DNA from: Bacteroidota bacterium
GTDB taxonomy: Bacteria > Bacteroidota > Ignavibacteria > Ignavibacteriales > Melioribacteraceae
Length of the DNA: 64,000 bases
Direction of reading: 5' to 3'
NCBI GenBank assembly: GCA_021801605.1
Contig: JAJYXU010000096.1
Coordinates: 12,290 to 76,289 of the forward strand
The position numbers and the translations under genes were made by a program. The stretch's first letter is position 1, and each line of letters starts with the position of its first letter. Under the pieces are notes generated by a model, which saw only the letters and a list, made by a program, of their open reading frames with translations, was not told where the DNA came from and did not search any database. Below, in pieces: positions 1-10,462 of this stretch.

Positions 1-929
1 TTGATCACAGTTCCAAAGATTACATTCGCTTCTTCGCCGGCTGCTTCAAAAATTACATTATTACCGGCTTCAACTTCCTGCATTGTCATATTGGTTGGTC
101 CGGTAACATTTAGAAGAATATTTTTAGCACCTTTGATTGAAATACCTTCAAGAAGCGGGGATGAAATTGCTTTTTGTGCCGCTTCAACAGAACGGTTTTC
201 TCCGCTTGCAATTCCACAGCCCATTAATGCCTGTCCGCTATCTCTCATTACAGTTCTAACATCTGCAAAATCAACATTGATAATTCCTTTCACCGTAATT
301 ATATCGGCAATACCTCTTGTAGCTTCATATAAAATTTCATTCGGTTTATTGAACGCTGCTTTTGCAGCTGTTGCCGTATCAATGATGCTTAGAATTCTTC
401 CATTAGGAATCACGATCAAACTATCAACGTACTGTTTAAGATCGGCAATACCTTCATCCGCATTTTTCATTCTCTGTTTACCTTCCCAACCGAAAGGTTT
501 TGTAACAATGCCAATCACCAACGCACCCATACTCTTTGCTATTGATGCAACTATTGGAGCCGCGCCTGTACCGGTTCCGCCGCCCATTCCGGATGTAACG
601 AAAACCATATCTGCGCCTTCAAGATGACGGGTTATTTTTTCTCTGTCTTCTTCAGCTGACTTTCTTCCGACATTGGGATCTGCGCCTGCACCGAGTCCGC
701 GTGTTACATTTGTACCAATCTGAATTTTTTGAGTAGCCAAACTTTCTTCGAGAACCTGTGCATCTGTGTTAACTGCAATGAATTCAACTCCGGTCAATCC
801 GCGTTCAATCATACTATCAATCGCGTTACAGCCACCGCCGCCAACTCCTACAACTTTTAATTGAGCAGACATTGGTCTTTGAGTTTCCAAAGTGATAAAA
901 CGTGGACGTTTTTCTGAATTAGTTGACAT
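1..929 (-). CDS. ftsZ: cell division GTPase FtsZ (C-terminus lies beyond window edge)
   Basis: Reverse translation from ATG 929-927 (AGGAGG just upstream) gives MSTNSEKRP...VVGVGGGGCNAI...SGMGGGTGTGAAPIVA, which carries the FtsZ/tubulin GGGTGTG signature. It follows ftsA in the dcw cluster. Track ORF 1..627(+) is its antisense shadow. Confidence 0.93.
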   Translation of the reverse strand, partial: MSTNSEKRPRFITLETQRPMSAQLKVVGVGGGGCNAIDSMIERGLTGVEFIAVNTDAQVLEESLATQKIQIGTNVTRGLGAGADPNVGRKSAEEDREKITRHLEGADMVFVTSGMGGGTGTGAAPIVASIAKSMGALVIGIVTKPFGWEGKQRMKNADEGIADLKQYVDSLIVIPNGRILSIIDTATAAKAAFNKPNEILYEATRGIADIITVKGIINVDFADVRTVMRDSGQALMGCGIASGENRSVEAAQKAISSPLLEGISIKGAKNILLNVTGPTNMTMQEVEAGNNVIFEAAGEEANVIFGTVI

Positions 930-955
930 GATTCCTCCTTGTTGTGGTATTTGAT

Positions 956-2197
956 TTATAGTTTATCAAAGAATTCTTGTATTCTCTTGAAAGTCTTGCC
1001 AAGATTTAATTTACTTTCTTTGCCGGTTGTCTTTACTGTTGTAAATTGTTCCGATCTGCTTCCTGGAATTCCGCGGATTAATCCGGCAACAGTTGCAAAC
1101 TCTGGACTTTCAACTTCGTTAGATAGACCGGAGCCGAGATCGAGCGGAACGCCGATACGAGCGGGCATTCCAAAAACTTCTTCTGCCAATTCCGTGCATC
1201 CTTTAAGCAGCGAGCCGCCGCCAGTTAAAACAACACCGGCTTTAATTTTATTTTTAAATCCAGCGTGGCGAAGTTCATTATCAATTATTGAAAACAACTC
1301 TTTCATTCTTACACTGATGATCTGAGTAAGAAGCGACAAAGGTATTTTTACATTACCTCTTCCGCCAACACCTTTTATGAAAATATCTTCGTCCCTTACG
1401 ATAGCGTGTTCAGTTGCATAGCCATGTTCTTTTTTTAACTTCTCTGCATCGGCGGTTACTATACCAAGTGTTTCGCGTATATCATTTGTAACCTGATTGC
1501 CAGCAACACCAACTACTTTTGTATGTTTGATTGACCTGCGGTGAAAGATTGCAATGTCTGTCGTTCCGCCACCGATATCTATCAAGAGCACGCCTAAATC
1601 TTTTTCATTGTCTTCAAGAACAGCAAAGCTAGATGCGATGGGCTGAAGGACATAATCTTTAACAATATATCCGGCTCGTTCAACAGATTTTTTTATATTC
1701 TGAATTGCCGGAATAGATGCTAACACAACATGATTCACTGCCTCGAGACGCGAACCGCACATTCCAATCGGGTCTTCAATTCCGCCTTGATGATCAACAG
1801 AATATTCTTCAGGAATGATATGAAGTATTTGCCGGTCGGAAGGAATTCTAATTGTTTGAACGTCTGCACGCAATCTGTCTAAATCCTGCTGGCTGATTTC
1901 TTTTTCCGGATTGCTGATAGTAACGTAATTTCTATGACGCAGACTTGTGATATGTTCACCGGCAACGCCTACATTAACTTCCTTAACTTGAAGACCTGCT
2001 CTATTCAAAGCGATGTTCATAGCTTCTGTAATTGCTTCCGCGGTTTTAGAAATATTTGCAACCAAACCGCGATTCAATCCCTCAGAAGGTGCAACACCAA
2101 ATCCAAGAATGTTTAAATTATTTTCAACTTGTTCGGCAATTACTGCACAAACTTTTGTAGTGCCAAGATCTAACCCGGCTATAACATTTTTTTTCAT
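956..2197 (-). CDS. ftsA: cell division protein FtsA (actin-like ATPase)
   Basis: 413 aa. N-terminal GLDLGTTKVCAVI and DIGGGTTDIAIF actin-fold phosphate motifs. Sits between ftsQ and ftsZ. Confidence 0.93.
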   Translation of the reverse strand: MKKNVIAGLDLGTTKVCAVIAEQVENNLNILGFGVAPSEGLNRGLVANISKTAEAITEAMNIALNRAGLQVKEVNVGVAGEHITSLRHRNYVTISNPEKEISQQDLDRLRADVQTIRIPSDRQILHIIPEEYSVDHQGGIEDPIGMCGSRLEAVNHVVLASIPAIQNIKKSVERAGYIVKDYVLQPIASSFAVLEDNEKDLGVLLIDIGGGTTDIAIFHRRSIKHTKVVGVAGNQVTNDIRETLGIVTADAEKLKKEHGYATEHAIVRDEDIFIKGVGGRGNVKIPLSLLTQIISVRMKELFSIIDNELRHAGFKNKIKAGVVLTGGGSLLKGCTELAEEVFGMPARIGVPLDLGSGLSNEVESPEFATVAGLIRGIPGSRSEQFTTVKTTGKESKLNLGKTFKRIQEFFDKL

Positions 2198-2991
2198 GAT
2201 TTCTTGTGCCCCTCGTCTAAATTCTTAACTAACCCGTTAGTCGAGTCTATTATGCCGAGATATACGTGCCCGCCGAATCGCAAATCCACATATTCCATGT
2301 AATTATTTATTTCTTTTCCCTTCAGATACTGCCAAAGATTATTAAAGTAGATTACTTTCTTAATCTCGTTTCCGCGTCCAATTTTGATTGGGTAATCTGC
2401 CGATGAGAGATACAACATAATATCTCCGCCGTTTTGCAGATCAATTGATGAAAAATCTTTTTCCAATTCCGGGTTCAGCAATCGAACTGTTGAAATAATT
2501 TTGCCAGCAGTAACAACATCCAAATTCTTTTTCATTGATGATAGAACCTTAAAACCATTCCCGGTAAAAACGTTTGAGATTACCGGATAATCAATTTTTT
2601 TTGTCTCCGGCAGCATTGGCAGCAATTGTAAATTTTCCGTTAATATGTATTGACGGCTGCTATCTAAAAGAATTGAATCGAAAACTTTTTCTGTAATTCT
2701 AATTGAAGCTTTACCGCTGCCGTCATATCTTACATCTGCATTCTGAACGTAAGGATGTTTTTCAATTCTATCTTTTATGAACTGTAACGTTAGATTTCTA
2801 TAAATATTTTTATCAAGTAAGTTGGCAAAACTTAGATACTGTTCTTTTGAAAGATGGACGTTCCCTTCCAGAGAAATGAAGCTGATCTTGTTTTCAGACT
2901 CAGATTTCAATCCGACTGATAAGTAGATCATCACTCCGAGTATTAAAACCAAAAAAGTAATGCTTACTATTTTTGCCAGCTTTGTCATCAA
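2194..2991 (-). CDS. ftsQ: cell division protein FtsQ (POTRA domain, single N-terminal TM)
   Basis: 265 aa with one N-terminal TM helix. Located between murC and ftsA, with a 4-nt overlap with ftsA. Confidence 0.8.
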   Translation of the reverse strand: MMTKLAKIVSITFLVLILGVMIYLSVGLKSESENKISFISLEGNVHLSKEQYLSFANLLDKNIYRNLTLQFIKDRIEKHPYVQNADVRYDGSGKASIRITEKVFDSILLDSSRQYILTENLQLLPMLPETKKIDYPVISNVFTGNGFKVLSSMKKNLDVVTAGKIISTVRLLNPELEKDFSSIDLQNGGDIMLYLSSADYPIKIGRGNEIKKVIYFNNLWQYLKGKEINNYMEYVDLRFGGHVYLGIIDSTNGLVKNLDEGHKKS

Positions 2992-4389
2992 TTATTTTTT
3001 CTTTGTTTTCAAAAATTCAACAAATTTTTCACCGTACTTCCAGATATCTCCTGCGCCGAGCGTAATGATGATGTCTCCCTTTTGATAAATTTTTTGTAGC
3101 AGTTCCGGTATTTTTGTTTTGTCCGGTTCGTAATAAACATTCTTATGCCCGAACTGTTTTGCAGTATTGGAAATTAATTCACCGGTAATTCCTTCAACCG
3201 GTTTTTCGCGTGCGGGATAAACATCCGTGCAAATAAAAACATCGGAGTTCAAGAACGATCTGCCGAACTCTGCGTAAAAATCTTTTGTGCGTGAGAATAA
3301 ATGCGGCTGAAATACAGCGACCAATCTTCTATTCCATCCGCGTCTTATTCCATCGAGTGTTACGTTTATTTCCGTTGGATGATGGCCATAATCGTCAATC
3401 ACCATCACATCATCATCATATTTTGTCTCAAAGCGGCGGTATACACCGGAAAATTTCTCAAGTGCTTTTTTAATAACGCTGAACTCAACTCCCATTTCTT
3501 TAGCAATTGTAACAGCGACGAGAGAGTTTTTGATGTTATGCAAGCCTGGAATATTTATTCGGATATTTCCGAGATCTTTGCCGAGATAAATAACGCTGAA
3601 CTCAGAATGTTTTTCCGAATGTGTAATATTAGCCGCACGTATATCTGCTTGCGGTGTAATTCCGTAAGTAAAAATTTTCTTGTTGATCTGCGGAATTATA
3701 TCTTGAAGAGCCGGCTCATCCAAACACAAGACAACAAAACCGAAGAAAGGAACTTTGTTCGCAAATTCAACGAATGCGGTTTTTATATCAGCCAGATCTT
3801 TATAAGTATCAAGGTGTTCGCGTTCAAGAGTTGTAAGAGCAGCTATAACCGGCGTTAATTTCAAAAATGTTCTGTCAAACTCATCGGCTTCAACAACTAT
3901 ATAATCGCTTTTGCCAAGCCGAGCATTTGTTCCGCCAAGTCCGCTTAATTTTCCGCCGACGATAATTGTAGGATCAATTCCGGCTTCAGTTAATATCAAT
4001 CCAACCATTGAAGTTGTGGTTGTCTTTCCATGCGTACCGGCAATACCAATTCCATATTTCATTCTCATACATTCGGCAAGCATTTCAGAACGTTTTATAA
4101 CCGGAATTTTTCTTGCGATTGCTTCTTTTACTTCAGGATTTTCAAGAACTACCGCTGATGAATAAACTAAAACATCCGCATCTTTAAGATTTGCGGGTGA
4201 ATGCCCTTCATAAATTTTAATTCCGAGCCCTTCAAGACGATCTGTAACTTCCGATTTAGCAAGATCGGAACCGGATATTTTAAATCCTTGACTCAGCAAA
4301 ATTTCTGCTATACCGCTCATACCAATTCCACCGATACCTACAAAGTGAATATTTTTAATTGTGTTCATCATCATTTCTGTATCCCTCAA
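2992..4389 (-). CDS. murC: UDP-N-acetylmuramate--L-alanine ligase
   Basis: 465 aa with Mur ligase motifs GIGGIGMSGIA and GIAGTHGKTTTTSM. dcw context. Confidence 0.93.
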   Translation of the reverse strand: MRDTEMMMNTIKNIHFVGIGGIGMSGIAEILLSQGFKISGSDLAKSEVTDRLEGLGIKIYEGHSPANLKDADVLVYSSAVVLENPEVKEAIARKIPVIKRSEMLAECMRMKYGIGIAGTHGKTTTTSMVGLILTEAGIDPTIIVGGKLSGLGGTNARLGKSDYIVVEADEFDRTFLKLTPVIAALTTLEREHLDTYKDLADIKTAFVEFANKVPFFGFVVLCLDEPALQDIIPQINKKIFTYGITPQADIRAANITHSEKHSEFSVIYLGKDLGNIRINIPGLHNIKNSLVAVTIAKEMGVEFSVIKKALEKFSGVYRRFETKYDDDVMVIDDYGHHPTEINVTLDGIRRGWNRRLVAVFQPHLFSRTKDFYAEFGRSFLNSDVFICTDVYPAREKPVEGITGELISNTAKQFGHKNVYYEPDKTKIPELLQKIYQKGDIIITLGAGDIWKYGEKFVEFLKTKKK

Positions 4390-5486
4390 ATTATCTCTGC
4401 CAAACTGATTGCCCTTTCGGCGATTGTTTTTGCTGCCATAGGTTTCGCAAAAGCCGAAATATTTTTCTTCATGATTTCATAGCGTGTAACGTTCAACATT
4501 ATTTCATTAACAACCGGCAATAGTTCATCTTTTAAATTCTTGTCTTCTATAAGTTCGGCAGCATTTGCAACTTTCAAAGCTTTTGCGTTTTTGTATTGAT
4601 GATCTGCTGCCACATTTTCCGATGGGACAAAAATTACCGGAAGCTCAAGAAAAGCTACTTCTGCAATTGTTGTTGCACCGGAGCGGGCAAGAACAACATC
4701 GCACGAAGAGTAAGCGGCAGACATATCATTAATGAACGGAAATATTTTTACCGATTCATTTTCAAGGTTTTTATAATGCATATAATAAAATTGACCGGTC
4801 TGCCAGATAACTTGAATTCCGCTTTCGATCATCTTATCTAAATTCGCAGCGACTGCTTGATTAATTGAACGTGCACCGCCGCTTCCACCAATTACAAGTA
4901 AAATCTTTTTTGATGGATCCAAACCGAAACTTTTAACTGCTTCCGCTTTATCAGTAAGTTTTAAATTAATTCTTATCGGATTGCCGCTTAATTTTAATTT
5001 CGATTCATCTCTGAAATATTTTTTTGATTCTTCGAACGTGATATGAATTTCGTGAGCTTTCTTTTCAAGCATTCTATTTGTAACACCGGGATAACTATTT
5101 TGTTCAAGCAGAATCACTTTTGCGCCAAGTACAGATGCAGCCCAAATAACCGGTCCTGAGACATAAGCCCCGCTTCCAATAGCAACTCGCGGTTTAAAAT
5201 CAAAATTTATTAGAAGAGATTGAATCATCGAAACAAAGAGTTTAAACGGGAACAGTAAATTGATAAGAGTCAATTTCCTTGAGAGCCCGCTGACCCAAAT
5301 TGATTTGAAATTGAAACCATATTCAGGAACAATTCTTTCTTCAATTTTATTTTTAGCACCAATGAACAAAATTTCAGATTCCGGTTTCAACAGACGGATT
5401 TGTTGAGCAACTGCAAGAGCCGGATATAAATGTCCTCCCGTTCCGCCGCCTGCAAATACAAACCGATATGGAGTTCTGATCTTCAT
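4386..5486 (-). CDS. murG: undecaprenyldiphospho-muramoylpentapeptide beta-N-acetylglucosaminyltransferase
   Basis: 366 aa. N-terminal GGGTGGHLYPALAVA is typical of MurG. dcw context. Confidence 0.92.
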   Translation of the reverse strand: MKIRTPYRFVFAGGGTGGHLYPALAVAQQIRLLKPESEILFIGAKNKIEERIVPEYGFNFKSIWVSGLSRKLTLINLLFPFKLFVSMIQSLLINFDFKPRVAIGSGAYVSGPVIWAASVLGAKVILLEQNSYPGVTNRMLEKKAHEIHITFEESKKYFRDESKLKLSGNPIRINLKLTDKAEAVKSFGLDPSKKILLVIGGSGGARSINQAVAANLDKMIESGIQVIWQTGQFYYMHYKNLENESVKIFPFINDMSAAYSSCDVVLARSGATTIAEVAFLELPVIFVPSENVAADHQYKNAKALKVANAAELIEDKNLKDELLPVVNEIMLNVTRYEIMKKNISAFAKPMAAKTIAERAISLAEII

Positions 5487-6595
5487 CCTACCTGCGCAAT
5501 TTTTAATTCTGTTGTTTTAACTGTCTGTCTTCCAACGTTTACTATAATTCCAATAGAGACAGCAAAAAGTATAATTGATGTTCCGCCAAAACTTATGAAA
5601 GGCAGTGTAATTCCCGTTGTGGGAATTAATCCCGTTACAACACACGCATTGATAAAAGCGCTAACGATAATATTGAAACCAAGACCCAGTACTAATAGCT
5701 GACCAAATTTATCTTGCGCTTTTTTCGCAATCACAAGACATGTAAAAAATAAAATTAAGAATAAAAAGAGGATCGTGACGGTTCCAATAAAACCTAATTC
5801 TTCGCCAAGAATTGAAAAGATAAAATCGCCGTAAGATTCCGGAAGGAAGAGATCACTCTGTCTGCTGTGCCCCAAACCTATTCCTAAAATTCCTCCGCTC
5901 CCAAGAGCAATCTTTGCCTGTTTAACTTGAATATTAATATCGCCGCCGTTAATCAAACTCTGAATGAATGTGACAACTCTTTCGCGTGAGTGTTTGAAAA
6001 TCATTATTACAAGACCGACAACAGCCATTGACGGAACCACGATAGCGGTAATATGCTTTATACGCGCACCGGCGGCAAAGAGAATTGCAAATGAAGTTAT
6101 TGCAATTATCAAGCTTGTACTCACGTTCGGTTGAATTAGGACAAGTCCGCTCACAATTCCTATCCATATCAGCGGGTAGACAAAACCTTTTTTGAAATCA
6201 AGAAGGTCATCGCCCATTTTTTCCAGCATGAATGCCAGATGCATAATTAAAATTACTTTTGCGGCTTCAGACGGCTGGAACTGAAAAAATCCAAGGTCAA
6301 TCCAGCGCGAAGCGCCTTTAACTTTCGGCGCAAATAAAAATGTTAAAACAAGAACTGCGATGATAAGGAACAAAAGTTCTTTTGTGTGCGCCCGGTATTT
6401 GTCGTATGGGAAGTACGCGCAAATTATCATTGCTATAAACGCCGCTACAACTTTCCACAAATGACTTTTGAAAAGAAAATAGAGACTATTAAATTTTGAT
6501 AAACTATAAGTTCCGCTGGCGGTTAAGACCAAAATTGTTCCGAGCGCTATCATAGCAACAACCAGAACGATCAATATTTTTACTAGTGTATTCAT
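5483..6595 (-). CDS. ftsW: SEDS-family peptidoglycan polymerase FtsW
   Basis: 370 aa polytopic membrane protein of the FtsW/RodA/SpoVE family, located between murD and murG. Confidence 0.88.
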   Translation of the reverse strand: MNTLVKILIVLVVAMIALGTILVLTASGTYSLSKFNSLYFLFKSHLWKVVAAFIAMIICAYFPYDKYRAHTKELLFLIIAVLVLTFLFAPKVKGASRWIDLGFFQFQPSEAAKVILIMHLAFMLEKMGDDLLDFKKGFVYPLIWIGIVSGLVLIQPNVSTSLIIAITSFAILFAAGARIKHITAIVVPSMAVVGLVIMIFKHSRERVVTFIQSLINGGDINIQVKQAKIALGSGGILGIGLGHSRQSDLFLPESYGDFIFSILGEELGFIGTVTILFLFLILFFTCLVIAKKAQDKFGQLLVLGLGFNIIVSAFINACVVTGLIPTTGITLPFISFGGTSIILFAVSIGIIVNVGRQTVKTTELKIAQVG

Positions 6596-7944
6596 TAAAC
6601 CAGTTTATTTACTGCATTTTTAAAAACTTTACCACGATGTTCGTAGTTATCAAACATATCGAAACTTGCACATGCTGGCGATAGAAGTAGAACAGAACCT
6701 TTGACTGCTTCTCTTCTTCCGGTTTCAACAGCTGTTTCGAGAGATTCTTTTTTTTCCGTTTCAACAATCGAATGGAAGTAGTCAAAAACTTTTTGTGCAG
6801 ATATTCCAATTGCATAAATTTTCTTTACGTGCTCTAATACTAAATTCCGAATGTCGTCGTAGTTGTTACCTTTATCTTTTCCGCCGAGAATTAAGTAGAT
6901 CGGTTTTGTAAAACTTTTCAAAGCTACAATTACGGAATCAACATTTGTAGCTTTTGAATCATTATAATATTCAACGCCGTCAAGTTCGCGGACAAATTCT
7001 ATTCTATGCTCAACACCTTTGAATGTAGTGAATGCCTTTCTGATTTTTTGATTCGGCATATCTAAAAGTTTTGAAACAGCCAGAACAGCGAGAGCGTTTG
7101 CAATGTTGTGTTCGCCTTTAATAAAGAGATCGGAAGCCGAACAAACTTCTGTAACTTTTTCGGATAAGGAAAAGAACATCTTGCCTTCCCTACAAAAAGC
7201 GCCGGCTGGAACTTCACTTTTCAAAGAGAAGGCAAGTTTTTGAACTTTTGTGTTTTTCAAATTTGTTTTTATGTTAGAATCGTCTGCATTGTAAATGATA
7301 AAGTCGTCTTCGTTTTGGTTCTCTGTTACTTTCATTTTTGCTGCAATGTATTCATCAAAGCTATTGTTGTATCTGTCAAGATGATCAGGAGTAATATTAA
7401 GAATCAGTGAAACAAACGGTTTGAATTTATCAGTGAAGTCTAATTGAAAACTTGAAGTTTCCAGAGCAACGAATTCATCTTTCTTAACGTCAAGAACGAT
7501 CTCGGAAAACGCTTCTCCAATATTTCCAGCAGAATAACATTTGATTCCGCTCTCGTTCAAAGTATGATTCATCAATGCTGTTGTTGTTGTTTTGCCATTC
7601 GTGCCGGTTATAGAAATAATTCCGCCTTTACAAAACCATGATGCAAATTCAACTTCGCTGATTACTCTGATATTTTTCTCTCGCGCGGTTTTGAGAATGG
7701 CTGAATCTGTCGGTACGCCGGGACTCGTAATAATCAGACCGCAATCAAAAACTTTTTCTGAATGAGCGCCGCATTCGTATGCAATTCCTTCCGATTCAAA
7801 AACTGATATTGAGCTTTGTAATTTTTCTTTTGATCCGCTATCGCTTACAAATGGAATTGCGCCCAGTTTTTTTGCCAGCTTTGCAGCGCCAACACCGCTT
7901 CTAACTGCACCAATGATTGATATTTTCATTCCGCTGATATTCAC
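6595..7944 (-). CDS. murD: UDP-N-acetylmuramoylalanine--D-glutamate ligase
   Basis: 449 aa with Mur ligase P-loop ITGTNGKTTTTAL. Located between mraY and ftsW. Confidence 0.92.
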   Translation of the reverse strand: MNISGMKISIIGAVRSGVGAAKLAKKLGAIPFVSDSGSKEKLQSSISVFESEGIAYECGAHSEKVFDCGLIITSPGVPTDSAILKTAREKNIRVISEVEFASWFCKGGIISITGTNGKTTTTALMNHTLNESGIKCYSAGNIGEAFSEIVLDVKKDEFVALETSSFQLDFTDKFKPFVSLILNITPDHLDRYNNSFDEYIAAKMKVTENQNEDDFIIYNADDSNIKTNLKNTKVQKLAFSLKSEVPAGAFCREGKMFFSLSEKVTEVCSASDLFIKGEHNIANALAVLAVSKLLDMPNQKIRKAFTTFKGVEHRIEFVRELDGVEYYNDSKATNVDSVIVALKSFTKPIYLILGGKDKGNNYDDIRNLVLEHVKKIYAIGISAQKVFDYFHSIVETEKKESLETAVETGRREAVKGSVLLLSPACASFDMFDNYEHRGKVFKNAVNKLV

Positions 7945-9053
7945 TATCTTACCTTGAATGAAGCTAAACTTACGATTGCAAGAATTATTGTGATGATATA
8001 AAACCTGATTACAATTTTAGGTTCTGCCCAATTCAACTGTTCAAAGTGATGATGAATAGGCGCCATTTTGAAAACTCTTTTTCCTTCACCAAATTTTTTC
8101 TTTGTGTATTTGAAATAGAGACGTTGAATGATTACCGAAAGTGTCTCGATGAAAAAGATTCCTCCGAGAATTGGAATAAGCAAATCTTTCTTAATCAGAA
8201 TCATCATCACACCAAACGCGCCTCCGAGTGCAAGCGAACCTGTGTCGCCCATAAAAACTTGAGCCGGATAAAAATTGAACCACAAAAATCCAAGTCCAGC
8301 GCCAATTAATGCGGCTATAAATACAGTTAGCTCACCGCTGCCCGGCAAATAAATTATGTTTAGATAATCTGCGTAAATAACATTGCCGGTTACATATGTA
8401 AGAATTGCAAGCGCCAGCATTACAATTATGATTGTTCCAATTGCAAGACCGTCTAATCCATCCGTCAAGTTCACTGCATTTGAAATTGCTGTAATGATGA
8501 AAACAACCCACGGTATATATAGATATGAAAAATCCCAATTCAAGTTTTTGAAAAATGGCAAAGTCGTTTGAGTATTGAATTGTGAAAACTCCGGCAGATA
8601 ATAAATCGCAGCGCCAACAACCAATCCTACAAAGATTTGTCCCATTAATTTGTAGCGAGCTATTAATCCTTTGGGAAGTTTCTTTACAACTTTGAGATAG
8701 TCATCAAGAAAGCCAACACCTCCAAGAAAAACTGTTCCAAATAAAACAAGGATGATGTAAACGCTTTTTAAGTCGCTCCAGATTAAAACTGGAATAACAA
8801 CAGAAATAAGAATTATAAGTCCACCCATTGTTGGTGTACCGGCTTTCTTCAAATGTGTCTGAGGTCCCTCTTCACGTATTGGCTGATCAATTTGATTCTT
8901 CTTCAATTTGCCAATGATCTTTGGACCAAAGATGAAAGAAATTAACAAGGCAGTAATTGCAGCCAGCGCTGAACGGAACGATAAATATCGAAAAACATCG
9001 AATCCCGGCGGACTAAAAATTTTATTTATATAATCAAAGAGATAGTAAAACAT
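7944..9053 (-). CDS. mraY: phospho-N-acetylmuramoyl-pentapeptide transferase
   Basis: 369 aa polytopic membrane protein with NLTDGLDGLA and APIHHHFE motifs. Confidence 0.93.
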   Translation of the reverse strand: MFYYLFDYINKIFSPPGFDVFRYLSFRSALAAITALLISFIFGPKIIGKLKKNQIDQPIREEGPQTHLKKAGTPTMGGLIILISVVIPVLIWSDLKSVYIILVLFGTVFLGGVGFLDDYLKVVKKLPKGLIARYKLMGQIFVGLVVGAAIYYLPEFSQFNTQTTLPFFKNLNWDFSYLYIPWVVFIITAISNAVNLTDGLDGLAIGTIIIVMLALAILTYVTGNVIYADYLNIIYLPGSGELTVFIAALIGAGLGFLWFNFYPAQVFMGDTGSLALGGAFGVMMILIKKDLLIPILGGIFFIETLSVIIQRLYFKYTKKKFGEGKRVFKMAPIHHHFEQLNWAEPKIVIRFYIITIILAIVSLASFKVR

Positions 9054-10462
9054 TATTCAAACCTTTTCTCCAGTATGTTTGAAAACTCTTCCATCTTCAT
9101 TCCGCGCGAACCTTTTACCAGTATCACCGAGCCGTCAATTTCTTCATATTTCAGGTAGAGTGATAATGCTTCCCGCAGATAAAAATGGATTGATCTTACT
9201 TTTTTCTTCTGCAATTCCGAATGCATGTGCTTCATCATACTTCCGGTAGTCAGCACAGTTAAATTTTTATCGGCATAAAATGATTTTGCCAATTCTTTAT
9301 GAATCTTCGGCGAATTTTTACCAAGTTCATACATATCGCCGAGAACAATTAATTTCTTTTTGAACGTCTTTATTTTTTTTACAAGTCCGATTGCCGAGAC
9401 AACCGATTCAGGACTTGCATTGTATGTATCATCAATTAAGACAGCATTCTTAAATTTCATTACTTCCAATCTGCCATGAACTGCTTTAAAATTATGGACA
9501 CCACGGATAATCTCTGCGCCTGTTAATCCGAACTTTAATGCGATTGCGGACGCCGCCAAAAAATTCTTAGCGTTAGATTCACCATATAGCGGAAGAACTG
9601 TTTTTATTTTTTTGTTTTTGTATGAGACTTGAATTTCCGTCCTGCCATCTTCCGTATAACCAACAACCGTTCCTTTAACATCAACTGTGCCTTTGAATCC
9701 GTATGTAACTTTTGATCTGTAAAGTTTCGCATTTTTGCTGATAATCGGATCATCCATATTTAAGAAAACGATTCCGCCATGTTTAATTGTTTCATCATAT
9801 AAGGCGGCTTTCTCTCTGAAGATTCCTTCTTTACTTTTCAAAAATTCCAGGTGAGCATCGCCAATGTTTGTAATCAAAGAAAAATCCGGCTGAGAAATTT
9901 TTGCTGAATAAGGAATCTCTCCAAAGTGATTTGTTCCTTGTTCAAGAATTAACACTTCGCATTTATTGTTTGCGCTTAAAATTGTAAGCGGTACACCGAT
10001 ATGGTTATTGTTATTAGCTTCTGTTTTCACCACTTTATATTTTTCTGCAAGTAAAGCTGCAGTCATCTCCTTAACTGTTGTTTTTCCATTGCTTCCAGTA
10101 ATCGAAATAACTTTTGCGGAAAGCTTATTACGCCAAATTTTTGCAATTTCGCCAAAAGCTTTTGTGGTATCATCGACTATAATAACAGGAATTTCGATAA
10201 AGCTAAATTTCTTCTCCCGAAGAGATGGATTCCCAAACTTCTTCGAATCAATAATTACAGTGGCAGCTCCTTTCTTTAGAGCATCCAGGATAAAATCGTG
10301 ACCATCAAATTTTTCCCCTTTGATTGCTACAAATAAAGATCCCTTCTTAACTTTGCGCGAGTCAATCTCTACAGATGAAAGAGATTTGTATGCGTCCGGA
10401 TTATAAATTTCCGCGCTTGGAGTGTTAAATAAGTCCTCAATCGTAATTTCTACTTTGCCCAT
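9053..10462 (-). CDS. murF: UDP-N-acetylmuramoyl-tripeptide--D-alanyl-D-alanine ligase
   Basis: 469 aa with ITGSNGKTTVKEM P-loop. Located between murE and mraY. Confidence 0.9.
   Translation of the reverse strand: MGKVEITIEDLFNTPSAEIYNPDAYKSLSSVEIDSRKVKKGSLFVAIKGEKFDGHDFILDALKKGAATVIIDSKKFGNPSLREKKFSFIEIPVIIVDDTTKAFGEIAKIWRNKLSAKVISITGSNGKTTVKEMTAALLAEKYKVVKTEANNNNHIGVPLTILSANNKCEVLILEQGTNHFGEIPYSAKISQPDFSLITNIGDAHLEFLKSKEGIFREKAALYDETIKHGGIVFLNMDDPIISKNAKLYRSKVTYGFKGTVDVKGTVVGYTEDGRTEIQVSYKNKKIKTVLPLYGESNAKNFLAASAIALKFGLTGAEIIRGVHNFKAVHGRLEVMKFKNAVLIDDTYNASPESVVSAIGLVKKIKTFKKKLIVLGDMYELGKNSPKIHKELAKSFYADKNLTVLTTGSMMKHMHSELQKKKVRSIHFYLREALSLYLKYEEIDGSVILVKGSRGMKMEEFSNILEKRFE

Noticed and set aside
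1-627. 208-aa + strand ORF at the window start
   Set aside because: It is the antisense shadow of ftsZ. The minus strand encodes an unmistakable FtsZ (GGGTGTG motif), and the + strand product is low-complexity with no motif.
3301-3858. 185-aa + strand ORF inside murC
   Set aside because: Antisense to a well-supported Mur ligase gene. The AT-rich genome yields long random frames.
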